Counted from the stretch's first letter, positions 41,061 through 55,273 are shown. The stretch is 64,000 bases of DNA from Selaginella moellendorffii (GCF_000143415.4 NW_003314294.1:749453-813452); one strand, 5' to 3'. A program made the numbers and translations. The notes: generated by a model from the letters alone, not told the origin.

Positions 41061-41407
41061 TTGAAGCATGCTTTAATAATTTTTATTTTACATCTAGATT
41101 ATATTAAAAAAATTGATTTTTTATTTGGTGACCACCTAGATTAGGACTGCATATAGAATATATTTCTCTATTTTTTATAACAAAATATCAAATATATAAA
41201 TATAAGGATAACTATAATTAATAATATTAAATGCTGGATTTAAAAATAATAAATAAATTTAAAGTGTCATTAAATAGGAAAAATATATTACTAATATAAA
41301 ATAATTGTAAGATTTATATATATTTCCAATGATGATAGAAGCCTATGCTTATCCTTACAAAATCATGCTTAGAGTTTCACATGATCATGAGTAATGAATA
41401 TAGTTTA

Positions 41408-41585
41408 TGTTGTGAGGGCCAAATGTATGGCTACGATGCTGTATACTAAAATTAGCATAATGGGATTTTGGTAGCCGTCGGATTAATTTCAATCTGGACC
41501 ACTCGCTCTTGTATATAAGCTAGGGTTTTTAGGCTAATTGATATACACATTTCTGTATTCCCTTTCTATATTCCAAGCACTCACA
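41408..41585 (+). repeat. 5' LTR (178 bp)
   Basis: TGTTGTGAGGGCC...CACTCACA; contains TATATAA. Confidence 0.95.
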
Positions 41586-42726
41586 TTGGTGGAGTTGAGG
41601 GGCACCTTTGATTGTCCTTGAGGGGTGCTTGGATTTGGGATTTTGGTTTAGATCTAGCTTTTGCATTGTCTAGATCTAGCTTTTTCCATTTCCTTCTTTT
41701 TGTTCTTTTCTTTCAGGATTTTGGTTTAGATCTAGCTTTTTGCATTATCTAGATCGACCATTTCCTTCTAGCTTTTTGTCATTTCTCTTCTTTTGCTCTT
41801 TCTTTTTCATTCGTCTCCATGGCAGATCAGCAATCTCCTCCTTTGACTCTCGAGCAACAGTTGGTCCAATTGCTTGATGCTATGCACTTGCAATTGAACA
41901 ACCAAACTCAATTGATGGTGACATTCACGGCACGTGGTCCAACTCCTCCTGCTCTTGGTGCCAATCCTCGCGTTCGGCTGGAGTTCTTTCGTGGGAATCC
42001 CGGGGATGATGTGTACCATTGGTTCGATCACTTCACGGTGATTGCCATATATCATTCTTGGGATGATGCTCGACGTTTACGTGAGTTTCCCACGTGTCTC
42101 CAAGGGACGGCGTTGTAGTGGTACAATGGATTGAGTGCGGCCACTCGTGAGGATTGGAGTGTTCTTCCTGACGTCTTCAAACGCGCCTTCGGACATGCCG
42201 ATGATTGTGACGATGCCTTCCAACAATTGCATCGTCTTCGCCAAGGGCCATCTGAGTCGGTGATGCAATTTGGCGTTCGTTTCCGAAGTCTTTTGCTTTG
42301 TGCGGAGCCCAATATGTCAGAGCGGATCAAGCTAGGAATGTTGTGGCCAGCACTTCGTCAAGATCTTGTCGGCCTTGTGCATGCACTTGCTCCTGCCACC
42401 CTTGACGATGCTCTTCGCTTGGCACAACATTATGAGACGTCACCTCTTCCACTTCTCGCTGCACGTCCTTCCACTCCACTTTCTATGAGTGATGGTCCTG
42501 TTCCCATGGAGGTTGATGCTGCTGCTACTCGAGTCCAAGGACAAGGACGAGAACGTGGTCGTGGCCGTGATGTTCGTTGCTGGGTGTGTGATGAAGTTGG
42601 TCATACTTATCGGCGTTGTCGGCGCTTTCCAGATTGGCGACCTCCATTTCCTGGGTGGAGACCTTGGCGTCAACAACGTCCCGTTGGTGCTGCTGCAGTG
42701 GAAGGTTTGGACACCGAGATGAATCC

Positions 42727-42790
42727 GGGAAATGAGGAGTCGCGCGAGTAATGGAGGGACCTTGCACGAATAAGTCAGTGACCCCTCCAT
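42727..42790 (+). other. -1 ribosomal frameshift signal (slippery heptamer + H-type pseudoknot) between gag and pol
   Basis: G GGA AAT in gag phase, 6-nt spacer, stem 1 42740-42748/42761-42769, stem 2 42751-42758/42783-42790. pol is in the -1 frame. Confidence 0.78.
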
Positions 42791-45700
42791 CTTTCTTTCG
42801 GGAGTATCATCAAGGGGTTCACTCGGCACCAGTTCATCCAGTGTTTACTTTTCAAGCTCATCTTTATAACAAGAGGTCTCCTATTATTTTCTCCGTGTTG
42901 GTTGATACAGGTTCGAGTTTATCTTCTATTGCTCGACCTGTTGCCACACGTTGTCATCTACACTTGCGTCGTGCGGCGGAACCAGTTTTCATTCTTTATG
43001 GCAACGGCCGTACACATGCATGTGCACGGGATGAGGCAGACCTGGTTGTGCGTGTGGGCAATCTCGAGCTTGAGTTGCAGTCGTTGCGGGTGGTGCCGAG
43101 TCAAGCTTTTGACCTCATTCTTGGTATGGATTAGTTGCAACGCAATCATGCCAAGTGTGACTTTGAGGCTTCTCCCCGTTGTCTCATACTTCCTTATGTT
43201 TCCTCCATTTCTCTCACATCCGTACCTCTTTGTCCCTCTACTTCTACCTCTGCTTCCATTACTTTTGTTCCCCCACTATTTCCTCCTGTGTTTCCATCTT
43301 GTTCTGCTCTTCCCTTTTCCAATCCCTCCAACGATCTTTGTGTTGCAGCAGTTGATCGGCTCATGAAGGAGTATTCTGATCTCTTTGACTTTGACCTATC
43401 GTCTGGAGCCAAGATTGCTACACGTCATCCGATTCCAACTGGGGATGCTCGTCCAATCAAGGTTTCTGTTCGTCGTCGGTCACCAAAGGAGATCAAGATT
43501 TTACATGCAAATGTCCAAGAGATGTTGGAGAAGGGTGTTATTCAAAAGTCGCGAAGTCCTTGGGCATGTGAACCTCATCTTGTGACGAAGCCTGATGGGA
43601 GTATTCGTTTCTGCATCGACTATCATCCATTAAACGACGTAACGATCCCGGATGTGTACCCTCTTCCTCACACTGCTAATCTCTTGGATCGTCTGGGGTG
43701 AAGTCGTTGATTCACCAAGCTAGATCTTGCTTCTGGGTACTGGCAAGTACCGATGACCGAAGAAGATATTCCTAAGACTGCTTTTCGTACACCATTTGGT
43801 TTGTATGAGTTCTTGGTGATGCCATTTGGTTTGAACAATGCTCCAGCAACTTTTCAACAGATGATGGATGAGGTTCTTTGCGATATGCCGGAGGTGACTG
43901 CTGACTTCATTAATGATGTCTTGATCCACTCGGAGGGGATGTGGGAGGAGCACGTTCGTGATGTTTGTAAACTGTTGGATCGGCTACGCGATGTTGGTTT
44001 AAAGTTAAAGCGGTCGAAGTGCGTGTTTGGATCCAAGGACACAACTTATCTTGGGTACCGTATTTCTCGTGAGGGTTTGCAAGTTGATCCTGACAAACTT
44101 GTGGCTGTTCTAAAGTTCCCTACTTCGAAGTGTGTGAATAATGTGCAGCGCTTCTTGGGCAAGGTGCAATATCTCGAGCGTTTTGTGGATCATCTTTCTG
44201 ATCACACTGCACTATTGCGAGCATTGCTGAAGTCATCAATATCATCTTTCATCTGGTCTCCGGATTGTGAGCGGGCGTTTGGGGATCTCAAAAAGTTATT
44301 GACAACTCCTTCGGTTTTGGGATATCCTGACTACACTCGACCTTTTATTTTGTGCGTGGATGCTTCTGACATTGGTCTTGGAGGTGTGTTAATGCAAGAG
44401 AGCTCGAGTGTGCCTGGTCAGTGCCATCCCATTACATATATAAGCCATACATTACAACTAGCAGAGATGAACTACTCCACGACAGAGAAAGAGTGTTTAG
44501 CAGCAGTTTGGGCTTTCGAGAAATTTCATGCATATCTACATGGTTCTCGGACGTTACTTGAAGATGACCATGCTGCTGTTACTTCGTTATTAAAGCGAAA
44601 GAACCTGGTTGGTTGTACTGCTTGATGGGCTTTGAAGTTTCAGATATATGATTTTGATGTTGTTCACTGCCCAGGGAGTTCTATGGCTGATGCTAATGCC
44701 CTTTCTTGAGCTCCTCTTCCTTCTTCATTCTCTTCTCATGTTTCTGACGAGCCTGTCGTTCCAGCATTTATGGATTTTCTAGATGAGGATTCTGTGCCGT
44801 CGGCGGTTGCTATACTTGACGTTCAATGTCCACAAGGTGCAGAGCAAGATCTACCTTCACTTGATGAGGTTCGCGAGGCTCAAAAGATTGAGCCATGGAT
44901 TCGAAGGCTTCGAGATGGGTTTGAGAATCCTACATCACTTGCTGATGACTTGCCTTTCTGGCATTTACATTCTCAATATCGTCTTGAAGGTGGCCTTCTT
45001 TATTTTGTGGGGACAGATCCTGATGATCATTTACCGTTGGTGGTGCCTTCTATCTTTATTCCGCAGTTTCTCCATGCCTACCATGATTCTCCTGTTTTAG
45101 GTGGGCATATGGGACATCGTCGTGTAATTGAGAAGCTACGCAGGTCTTTTTATTGGCCGGAGATGCGACGTGATATTATCCGGTATGTGCGTAGTTGCGT
45201 TTGGTGCCAAGCTCGTAATACTCCCCCTCAGACTGCGGAAGGACGGTTGGAGTCAATTGCAGTTTTCCGTCCGTTTGAATTGGTGGCATTTGATCTTATG
45301 GGACCTTTTCCACGGTCAACTGCTGGCAATGAGTATGTTATTATTGCTTCTGACTATTTGACTCATTGGGTGGAAGTTGGTGCTCTTGCTAATGCCTCTG
45401 CAACTGCTGTTGGATACTTCCTCCTCAATCGAGTGGTGTTCTAGCATTCTTGTCCAGAGCAGATTCTTTCGGATAATGGTCCCGCTTTTATGGCTGAGGC
45501 GTTTCATGTTTTGATGTCTCGGTTGGGGATTCGCCACACTTTCACGAGTGCTTATCATCCACAATCAGACGGTCTGGTGGAACAGCTCTTTTGGACGTTC
45601 AAGGGGATGATTGCGAAGTATATGAACTTTCAGCATTCGGATTGGGATGGTTATTTGCCGTCTTTTCGGTATGCATATGTCACTGGGGTGCAGAGTTCTG

Positions 45701-46244
45701 TTGGTGCTTCACCATATAAACTCCTATATGGTCATGATTCAATATTACCAATGGAGCTGGGTTTACCTTCGCGATTGCCACGAGCTGTGGATGCTAGGTC
45801 ATGGGATCAATATTTGACAAGCATTTTTCCACTTGTCCGAGCGGAGTCTGCCGAACACTTAGGCCACATACAAGTGGGACAACAACGGTGCTACAACTCC
45901 CGTCATCATCCACCTATGGAGTACAAAGTGGATGATTTGGTGTTAGTCCGTTTTTCCCATCTTACGGTACGTGGTTTATCTAAGGGGCTCCTTGCACAGT
46001 GGAAAGGACCGTATCGGGTGTTGCGGCAAGTTGGACCACAAGTTTATGAGGTTTGGCATGACGTCTAGCAGGCCGATCCTCCAGAGATTGTGCATGTGCA
46101 GTGGTTGAAACACTTCATACAAAGGGATCAGGAGCAGTTAATACCATCTACAAATCCGCCGATGCCTCCTCCTGATGTTCCTCTAGATCCCGGCCCGTCT
46201 ACAAAAGAACCCTGATGGTCTTCCATTATCCTAAGAGGGGGGGA

Positions 46245-46422
46245 TGATGTGAGGGCCAAGTGTACAGCTATGATGCCGTATACTAATATTAGTGTAGTGG
46301 GATTTTGGCAGCCGTCGGATTAGTTTCAATCCGGACCACTCGCTCCTGTATATAAGCTAGGGTTTTTGGGCTAATTGATATGCACATTTCTGTATTCCCT
46401 TTCCATATTCCAAACACTCACA
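46245..46422 (+). repeat. 3' LTR (178 bp)
   Basis: TGATGTGAGGGCC...CACTCACA directly after the PPT; about 18 substitutions against the 5' LTR by hand count. Confidence 0.95.
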
Positions 46423-47147
46423 ATTTGTATTAATTGTTGAATAAAAAATAACATGTAAATTTAAAAAATTGTTTAATCTACATAAAATTGACATTCCTTT
46501 CTTTGTAATATAATTGTAATTTATATGTTCAAAATTACATGGTTTTGATATAATATCTACTGAAAGTTTAAGACATTTATTTTTGCGACAATCTATTGCC
46601 TGCTAGAGGTTCCAAAAGAGAGGCTTATCACTATAGTCATAAAGAGGTTGGGAGGTGGCTGCACCTGTGAGATTGCAAAATCTCTACTTTATTATTCAGG
46701 TCGCAGTTTCAGCATGCTGGACAAGGTAATCCAGGCAGTGCACACAAATGAGTTCATGGCTGAACAAGCATGGATTGCATTCTTCGATGCTCCTGCACTC
46801 TTCAATGACGGTGACAAAGTTTGTTGTGGTTCGGTTTTGTTGCTGTGGTTACTGAAATGCTACATTCTTAAGAGCTCTGGAGGACTTGCAGGTGGAGAGG
46901 AAGGACTGGAGACTTTTTTATGGCCGTTGCTTGGCCAGCACAAACACTGTCTGGAACTAACTGCCGATAGGGCCAAGGTGTTTACTTTGTGATCAGTTTA
47001 GGGTTTATCTATAACTTTGTGGGCCGTCGGGAGCCACCATTTTCAAGACACGACCACCATTTTCCCGGTGTCTTGAGTGCTATATGCTGCTCGAAGAAGG
47101 ACGAAGAACTGAGATCCAAAACCTTTTAACTTGTGAAGAAACTACAC

Positions 47148-48266
47148 GGAGATAATACAATAGTCCAGGCAATATCGGAAATTCTATTCCATACTTTCTA
47201 CAGCTTAAGGATATCATTGTTTGCAACGAAATGTATGGAAATTCTGAAAGTCCAAAGCAGGCCAAGTCCACCTTTGATGCAATGAAATGTGACAAGAATT
47301 CATTCTCCTGGTTCTTCCTTTTTGCTGCATATGCCCACAACTTAATGAAGTAGCGAAAAACGCATTTGACAAAATGCCTGAAAGGGATCTCGTCTGTTGG
47401 AGTGCCCATGCAAAAGCCAATAATCTAACCCTAGCTAAAACGACCTCTGACAAGATGCCAATGAGTCCTTGAAAACAATCTTCGAGACTATGCCAGAAAG
47501 GAATCTTGTATCGTGGACTTCACTCCTGGCAGCTTACTCACACAGGGAAAAAGTCGAATATGCCCCAAAGAAATCTAGCTTCGTGGAATTTCATGCTTGC
47601 GGCATATGCCCAAAACGGGCATACACTCAAAACCAGGAGCTCTTCGAAGCAATGCCAGAGAGAGACTTGGTCTCGTGGACGACAATGGTGGCAAGCTACA
47701 CTCAAACCGACCACCTCGAAAGCGCCAAGAGCGTGTTTGAATCAATGCCGGAGCGCAACTCGATGGCATGGAAGGCGATGATCGCAGCTCACGCGAGACA
47801 GGTGGAGGAAGCCAAGTTTACGTTCGATCAAATGCCACTCCAGAGCCTGGTCTCGTTGAACACGGTGATCTTCGCGTACGGCCAGTCGGGCTACTGCGAC
47901 GAGGCGTACAATGCGATGCCGGAGATCCCCGACGACCATGTTTTCGGCCTACGCGCACAACGGACACATCGATCGCGCTGCCAAGTTCTTCGATCTGTCG
48001 CCTCTTCTGGACATCATCTCTTGGAGGACGATTCTCGCGGCCTTTACTCAAAACGGACAGTTTACCAGTGTTGGATACGTATGACAAGCTCAAGCTCCCG
48101 ACAAGACGTGCTTCGTGTCCGGAGAGCGGCAACTTATGCGAGCGTGTTGCTTGCCAACATTGCTTACATGAATTCGGACGGAGGTCTCGTCCAAAGCTTG
48201 CAGATGGCTGAGAACTTGCAGCGAGAAATATGCCTGCAAGGACCAAAAAGAATGAGGCAGCAGTAA
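47148..48266 (+). pseudogene. PPR pseudogene, inverted copy of 29947-31489
   Basis: Same peptide tracts (KTIFETMPERNLVSWTSLLAAYSH; ATYASVLLANI..GGLVQSLQM) with frameshifts and deletions; lacks the start codon. Confidence 0.9.
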
Positions 48267-48290
48267 AGGAATGGACAGCGATTACTTACA

Positions 48291-49476
48291 TCATGACAAG
48301 TTTTGTTTCTCACAACATGCTTCTATGACTTCTTTGATATCGGGCTCGTCGCCTGCTTCCTTGTCCTGTATGAAAGAAAAAAAATTCAAGCAAACATAAC
48401 TTCAAAAGCACAACGACGAAACCTTGTGGACGTAGAGCAACCGATCTTTCCCGGGCCCAGCAATGACAATTCCTCCTTGCTGCCTGCGAGCACGCGAAAG
48501 GTCTCGCTCTAGAACGAAATGAGACCTTACCAGCCACCTCTCTGTACAGTATCTTTCTCGAAAGAGAGCCCCCAGTCTTGTCGATAGCCTTCTAAATGAG
48601 CTCCCATAACTCGCATAGCAGCCTTTGACACTGTAAGTTCAGCTAACAACCGCGTAGATGGATTTGCGTACCTTGGGATTAAAGATGGTGGACGCGCCAG
48701 AGACGAATTGGAACGCTTCAAATGAAGCATGGGTTGGATCGGCATAAACTTCTGTGAAACGAGAGGTGTATCAGACAATGCGATGACGAAAAATCTCATG
48801 TAGATACCTCCGGGGAACTGTGTCTGGCTAGCAAATGCTTTTGCCTAAAGAAAGAGTGACTGTGATCAATCCACAAGCTCGGAATGGATCCACGGAAATA
48901 CCTGGTCGACAGTGCCGGGACCGACCAGAACAAGCGACACACCAGCACCATCGAACACTTCCTGCAACGAAAAGCATATATCGTAAGAGCATAAGGAAGG
49001 ATACGTTACCTTCTTCGATGCTAGAACATCAGCCCGTTTGCGACAGAGGATACACCTGATGATCAAAGAGAAAGAAAGAATAAAAGCGACTTCTTGTCAA
49101 ACAGAAGTCATACCCAAAATGCCGAGCAAAGGCAACGACAGCAGTTCGATCCTTCCACAAATCAGTCAGAGAGATCACATTGCCCGAAAGATCCAAAACG
49201 CTGGCATCGGTCGAAATTCCTAGCAGGAAACAAGAAATCTTAGCTCCAAACGCTAAGAAAGAAAAGCATACCAGGCATAAGAGAATCCGCTGCTGCCGCG
49301 GCTGCTGCCAATCCGCGCCATCGCCGCTTGCATCCGAGGATCGGCCGCGCCTTCTCCCACCGAAACTCACAGATCGATCGCCGCGACAAGAATCCTCGCG
49401 CTGGATCATCTGCGCTGAGGGTTTTGGCGGAGCAAAGAAGAAGAGCATTGTGAGAATAAGAAAGAACCGTCGCCAT
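48291..49476 (-). CDS. Thioredoxin-fold AhpC/TSA protein, AAED1/PRXL2-like, chloroplast-targeted, 9 exons
   Basis: Transit peptide, DLWKDRTAVVAFARHFG|CILCRKRADVLA (CxxC), VYADPTH, GGWQQGGIVIAGPG, DKEAGDEPDI. All exons join in frame. Confidence 0.9.
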
Positions 49477-49535
49477 AAGGTTTCAATGGCTGTAAACTTG
49501 CCACGTGTACGCTCGAGGTTTGTGGTGATTTTCCA

Positions 49536-50740
<1,205 letters not shown>

Positions 50741-51048
50741 AAATGGAGGCAATACACTAAAGATCGTCAAGAACAAGAACACGAGCAAATTCGCTGTACA
50801 GAATCCATGTCAAAGGATCGGAATTTATGGAGAGCAAAGCTTTTGGGGAACTTATCTTAGTCAAGATCACGAAAGCTTGTCCATATCCCAAAGCGCTAAA
50901 GCTTCCTCTGACACGAAAGTAACACTATTATAAACTAGATCTCCGAGAGTTTTTCCCCGGGATCTCTCTTTTTCTCCCCCTTCAATCACTGACACCACCA
51001 CTACGTACAAGGATAAGACTTTGCTTGGCCCTGGATTGGAGCTTCGTT

Positions 51049-51671
51049 CTAGCAGCGAGGATTGGGAAGCGCTCCATGGTCGCAATTGGAAGCCGGCATC
51101 CAGTGATACTTGGTCTTGAATCCATTCCCAGCGCGCTCCATCACTGGGTCTCGCACCCACTGATCGATCGTGAAGATCTCGCGGCTCACGCACTTGTTGC
51201 TCCCGGATTGCCTCACCGAGACGTTGAGGCCCTTGACGTACCACGAGGAGCTCGGGTACTTGCCGTTCTGGGTCACCTCCACCTTGCAGATCCGGCCGAT
51301 GCAAGCGTTGGTGGCCACGAATCGATCCACGGCGTTGCGCTCGAAGTTGTTCCCGGGGCGCTGGAGCTGGAAGTTGAGGGACTGATCGGCGGAGTTGGCC
51401 AGGCGGAGGAAGACGTCGGCGTCGGTGCCCGCGCCTTCGCGATCGCCAGTGAAAACTTCCACCATGTATGTGCATTGCCCCTGAAACAGAGACGCGAACA
51501 ATCAAGATCACAGTGGATCTCCAAAGAAATCATCAAGAAGAAGAAGAAGAAAGAAGCACTGGAGGAGGAAGAAGAAGAACTAGAAGAAGAAAAATAAAAG
51601 AAGTTTTGGGTTCTTACATTGGTACGCGGTATGATCGTTGTGATCGCGACCAAGAACAACACAAGCCTCAT
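51049..51671 (-). CDS. Secreted PLAT/LH2-domain protein, copy 1 (2 exons)
   Basis: Signal exon MRLVLFLVAITTIIPRTN, CTT-repeat intron, then CTYMVEVFTGDREGAGTDADVFLRL...NNFERNAVDRF...WYVKGLNV...FTIDQW. Confidence 0.88.
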
Positions 51672-53571
51672 TCTTTCAAGAAACTTGGAGAAAAAGCGTC
51701 CAAGCAAACAAACTTGGAGAAAGAATGTGGCTAGAATTTCTCCCGAACAAGTTATAAGAGAGCTTTTTCGCGCATTAAATTTGCAGCTTTATGTACCCAT
51801 GTGATGGGGCATGTGGTTTCTGGTCACCGCACATGTAAGGTTCTCAAGAACCCTAAAAGCAGAGCGCCCAAATTCTAAATCCCTAAAACAGAGCATTTTC
51901 AATCGAAGACTCTCTTGTGCGATAGGGTTCTTGGCATTTTGATATCTCGCGTGGAATGGAATGTTGGAATGCATGTTGGGTTGCAAGGAAATGTGCAATC
52001 AATCACCAATTGTGGTGGATTGCAATCAAAATTTACACACAGTCCTTATTAATGATAATACACTGACTTCAGAAAAATATTCATGTATCCTCTCCACAAT
52101 CTTAAATCCTTTCGTGGCCACAAAATCTAAAATAAAAAGAATTGACAATGCTCTTGGAAGAAAATAAAAAATATTGCAAGAAAATTAACAATGCACCCAT
52201 AGATAAAAAATTTAGAGCTAGATGCTACACTCAAAACATACAAGAGTGCAGAAAGATCATGGTTGGTGGGTTATTTCTTCTATAGGTAGAAATTTTATGT
52301 TTTTTACACAAAAGAAAAATTGAGTTTTTTTTAGGAAGAGAAAAACTTTGGCACTTGCTCTTTTCATGGCCTATTTAACATTTATGATAATTAGGTTTGG
52401 GTGCTTGAAATTACTAAATTTGAAATTCTGAAAGGAAAATTAAGTTTGAGCCTGGATTTGGCAAGAGAAGAGGAAGGTTTGGTCCTCCTATATGTTATAA
52501 ATATGGAACATGTCAAATCTCATAAATTTTCATAAAAAGTTGTATAACTTTTAAAAATTATTATAAGTTTACAAGTTTTTACAAAAACTTTTCTCATATA
52601 TTTTCAAGCCATGGCCATAGATGAGCATATGCCACCTATGCAAAATAGATAAGATAGCTGCAAATTTCTAAAGGATTGTATTGCATCAAGGTGGATTTCA
52701 CATTTCGCAGCAAGATATAGATGGATGCAAATTTATATTATAAGAAGACTACTAGAACCCAAAATACTACAAATGTGACTAGGGTGACTTTATGCGTAAC
52801 TACCCATGCCATGATCAATCATTGACTTTGTTATTGTTATGCTTTATTGTTTGTTGTGATTGACCAACTAATTGTGCAAATTTAGCTTTTTCTATGAGAA
52901 TGTGGAGGAAAATTGCTACTGCTATACTGTTGTGATGGTGGAGAATAGAGCCAAGGAGTAGTGATGAAGTTGTCCTCTTCAAAACTTACAAGTGTTCTTG
53001 TAATTTCCACCTGCCGAAATTTCGGTGTCAATTAAGTTAGATGAGAGATCCCATAAAAGAAAATTGGGGCAATTAAATTCAATGTTGTTTGAGCTAGGAG
53101 GGGCACTTGCAACAATGTCTAACTCCACACTTCACTCCACCCAACTCCATGGTTGCCTTGCCATTTTCTAAGCTCACACTTTGATACTTTTGAAACTCTA
53201 AATCAAATTACTTAACAAGGTAGCATATGTGCCATCTATGTGGTATAATCCCATAAAACTCATGCCATGGCAATATCACATAAAGTCACGTTTTGATTGC
53301 TCTTATAGTAATCAAAAAGTTTTTGAAACTTTGCAAAACTTTCACAAACAAACAAAAGTGAATACAAATAAATTTCTCAAAACAAAAACCAAATTTGGCA
53401 TCCTGAACTTGATAATCACATATCCATCGCAATAGCCTAGGAGCATAAAAAGCCAAATTGCTAGTGTTTAAGTCTTTTTCAAAGGCTAAATTTTTCAAAG
53501 CTGCTACATGTTTTGCCAATAAGTGATAACAACATTAGCTCCAATTGATATTTCAGGATATATTATTATTT

Positions 53572-54326
53572 TCAAGTTTCAACATTAGTTATTCGTCTGT
53601 TATTTCTCCTCTTTATAACTAATATTACCATTTCCACCAGTAATAGGAAAGCAAGAAAGAGTCCATCATAAAAACCATCCTATTTCTCCACCTTCAATCA
53701 GAATATATGCTATCATATATTGGGATCATAGGTAAAAAAGTTTCCAAAAATCCAACCATCAAATGTTAGATACTCAGCAAAATTTTGTTTTCTCATTTCC
53801 ACAGACTAATTTCTATGTGCCAATCTTATCCATCCATATATTCTTATAGAAGCATGTGCTACTGCAAATACTACTTGTAAACCAATAAACCACCACTGAT
53901 CTGAAACATATGTGCTTGCAAACGCACTTCCGCCCCCAGTAACAAGACTAGCCACCATGCATAGCTTGTGTTGAGAGCTTGTGATAACTCCAAGGACAAC
54001 TAAAACAATAGTAATTTAGTTGGTAAGCAGTTGTATTTTTAAAATTTAAATGTAGCTCACCTCCAAGCACATAGCCAGCGTATATATATACGGAGTCAAA
54101 CAAGGGAGTTACCAATATCTGATTACAGAGTATTTTGGTCCAATATTTGCAGGAGCGAAATAATAAGAATAAATGCCCCAAGGTGTAGCGCGTTACAGTT
54201 CTTTTGACAGTGAGAAAAACCATATGGGCAATGCCACTTTGGAGGATAAAACGTGATAACAATGGTATATATGTAAAAGAGAAGTTCCCACAATGAAATA
54301 GCTGAAAGTATGAAATACCAGTCCAT
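53572..54326 (-). pseudogene. Frameshifted paralogue of the orphan membrane-protein gene at 55274-56067
   Basis: MDWYFILSAISLWELLFY...WHCPYGFSHCQKNCNALH, then a frameshift and in-frame TAA. Intron at the same position. Confidence 0.75.
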
Positions 54327-54412
54327 GGAAAACCTTACGAACCATATTCTGTTTAGCTGTGTAATATACAAGCATATTCTGCTGGTTTAAAGGCGCTAAA
54401 CATCACGTTGCC

Positions 54413-54990
54413 GTGATTTCTCCCTTTGCTCGCAGCGGCGGCAGCAGCCTTGGACGATCGCAGCAGCGGAACAGCTGCTCGATCTTTTCCATGGCGAGCT
54501 CGTCCAACTCCGCTATCGTGAAGCACTGCTGCTGCTGCTTTCCATCAATGCGGTTGGATTTGAGCAGCGCGGCGCCATACCTGCAAGAAGAAAATCGTCG
54601 ATCGGATGAAATCCGAAAGAGAAAAGAAAAGAGATTGCTGCTTTCTATCGAGCAAACGAAAAATCAGAGGAAACAAGAGTTCTAAAGAATTTTGATCACG
54701 AAATAACACCCTAATCTTTTATTGAAAACCTAGAATCACCGATGTTTTAAACCATCTTGGCACAAGCTTCGAAGAAACAAATAAAAGAAAAAAAATTTGC
54801 ATAACTTCGGAGTACTGTGCTTGATGCCGCACTGGATTCGGTGAGCGATCCCATGCTGAGTGGTGCCGACTCTGAGGTGCAAGGAATCGTTGAGGTAGAA
54901 CAACGTCGACTGTTCTCTGTCCAGAACGTAGTGAAAGATGGCCTTGAGAGCTTTTCCCAAGTTCTTTTCCGCAAGAGTATTACTGTGATA
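54413..54990 (-). pseudogene. Exon fragments of an unrecognised gene
   Basis: Exon-like blocks (NTLAEKNLGKALKAIFHYVLDREQSTLFYL; YGAALLKSNRIDGK...MEKIEQLFRCCD) with AG acceptors. No start codon or family assigned. Confidence 0.3.
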
Positions 54991-55273
54991 CCAAATCAAA
55001 GAAAAGAAATCAATCCACGCATGAGCTCCATCTCTAGGGAAAAAACAAACAATCAAAAAAGAGAAAACTCCAATCTGCATGAAAAGGCCAGTGCAGAGAA
55101 ACTCACGGTTTGCCCCACCCCAAAAACATCATGCAGCTAAACAGAAATGAATTCACGGAGAAAACTTACGGGGAAACATTCACACATCATGAGAGAAATT
55201 GATGCCCAGACGAATCGCCTTGTGAACAAATTCCACCGCCCGACAGCGGCCAGTTTAGGATATATTATTATTT

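Larger units (their letters stand above)
41408..46422 (+). mobile_element. Full-length decayed Ty3/gypsy LTR retrotransposon (no chromodomain seen)
   Basis: 178-bp TG...CA LTRs; PBS 41587-41604; PPT AAGAGGGGGGGA 46233-46244. gag 41819-42751 (PVPMEVD, CWVCDEVGHTYRRC), protease VDTGS, RT (KTAFRTPFGLYEFLVMPFGL, FINDVL), RNase H (VDASDIGLGGVL), integrase (H..H..CVWC, DLMGPF, SDNG, WKGPY). Several in-frame stops; flanks GTTTA/ATTTG are at best a degenerate TSD. Confidence 0.96.

Noticed and set aside
46620-46992. Exon-like fragments to the right of the LTR element
   Set aside because: No start codon, family or consistent frame; probably breakpoint filler.
47043-47076. 9-bp hairpin as a Helitron 3' end
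   Set aside because: The loop is long and no CTRR terminus follows at the expected distance.
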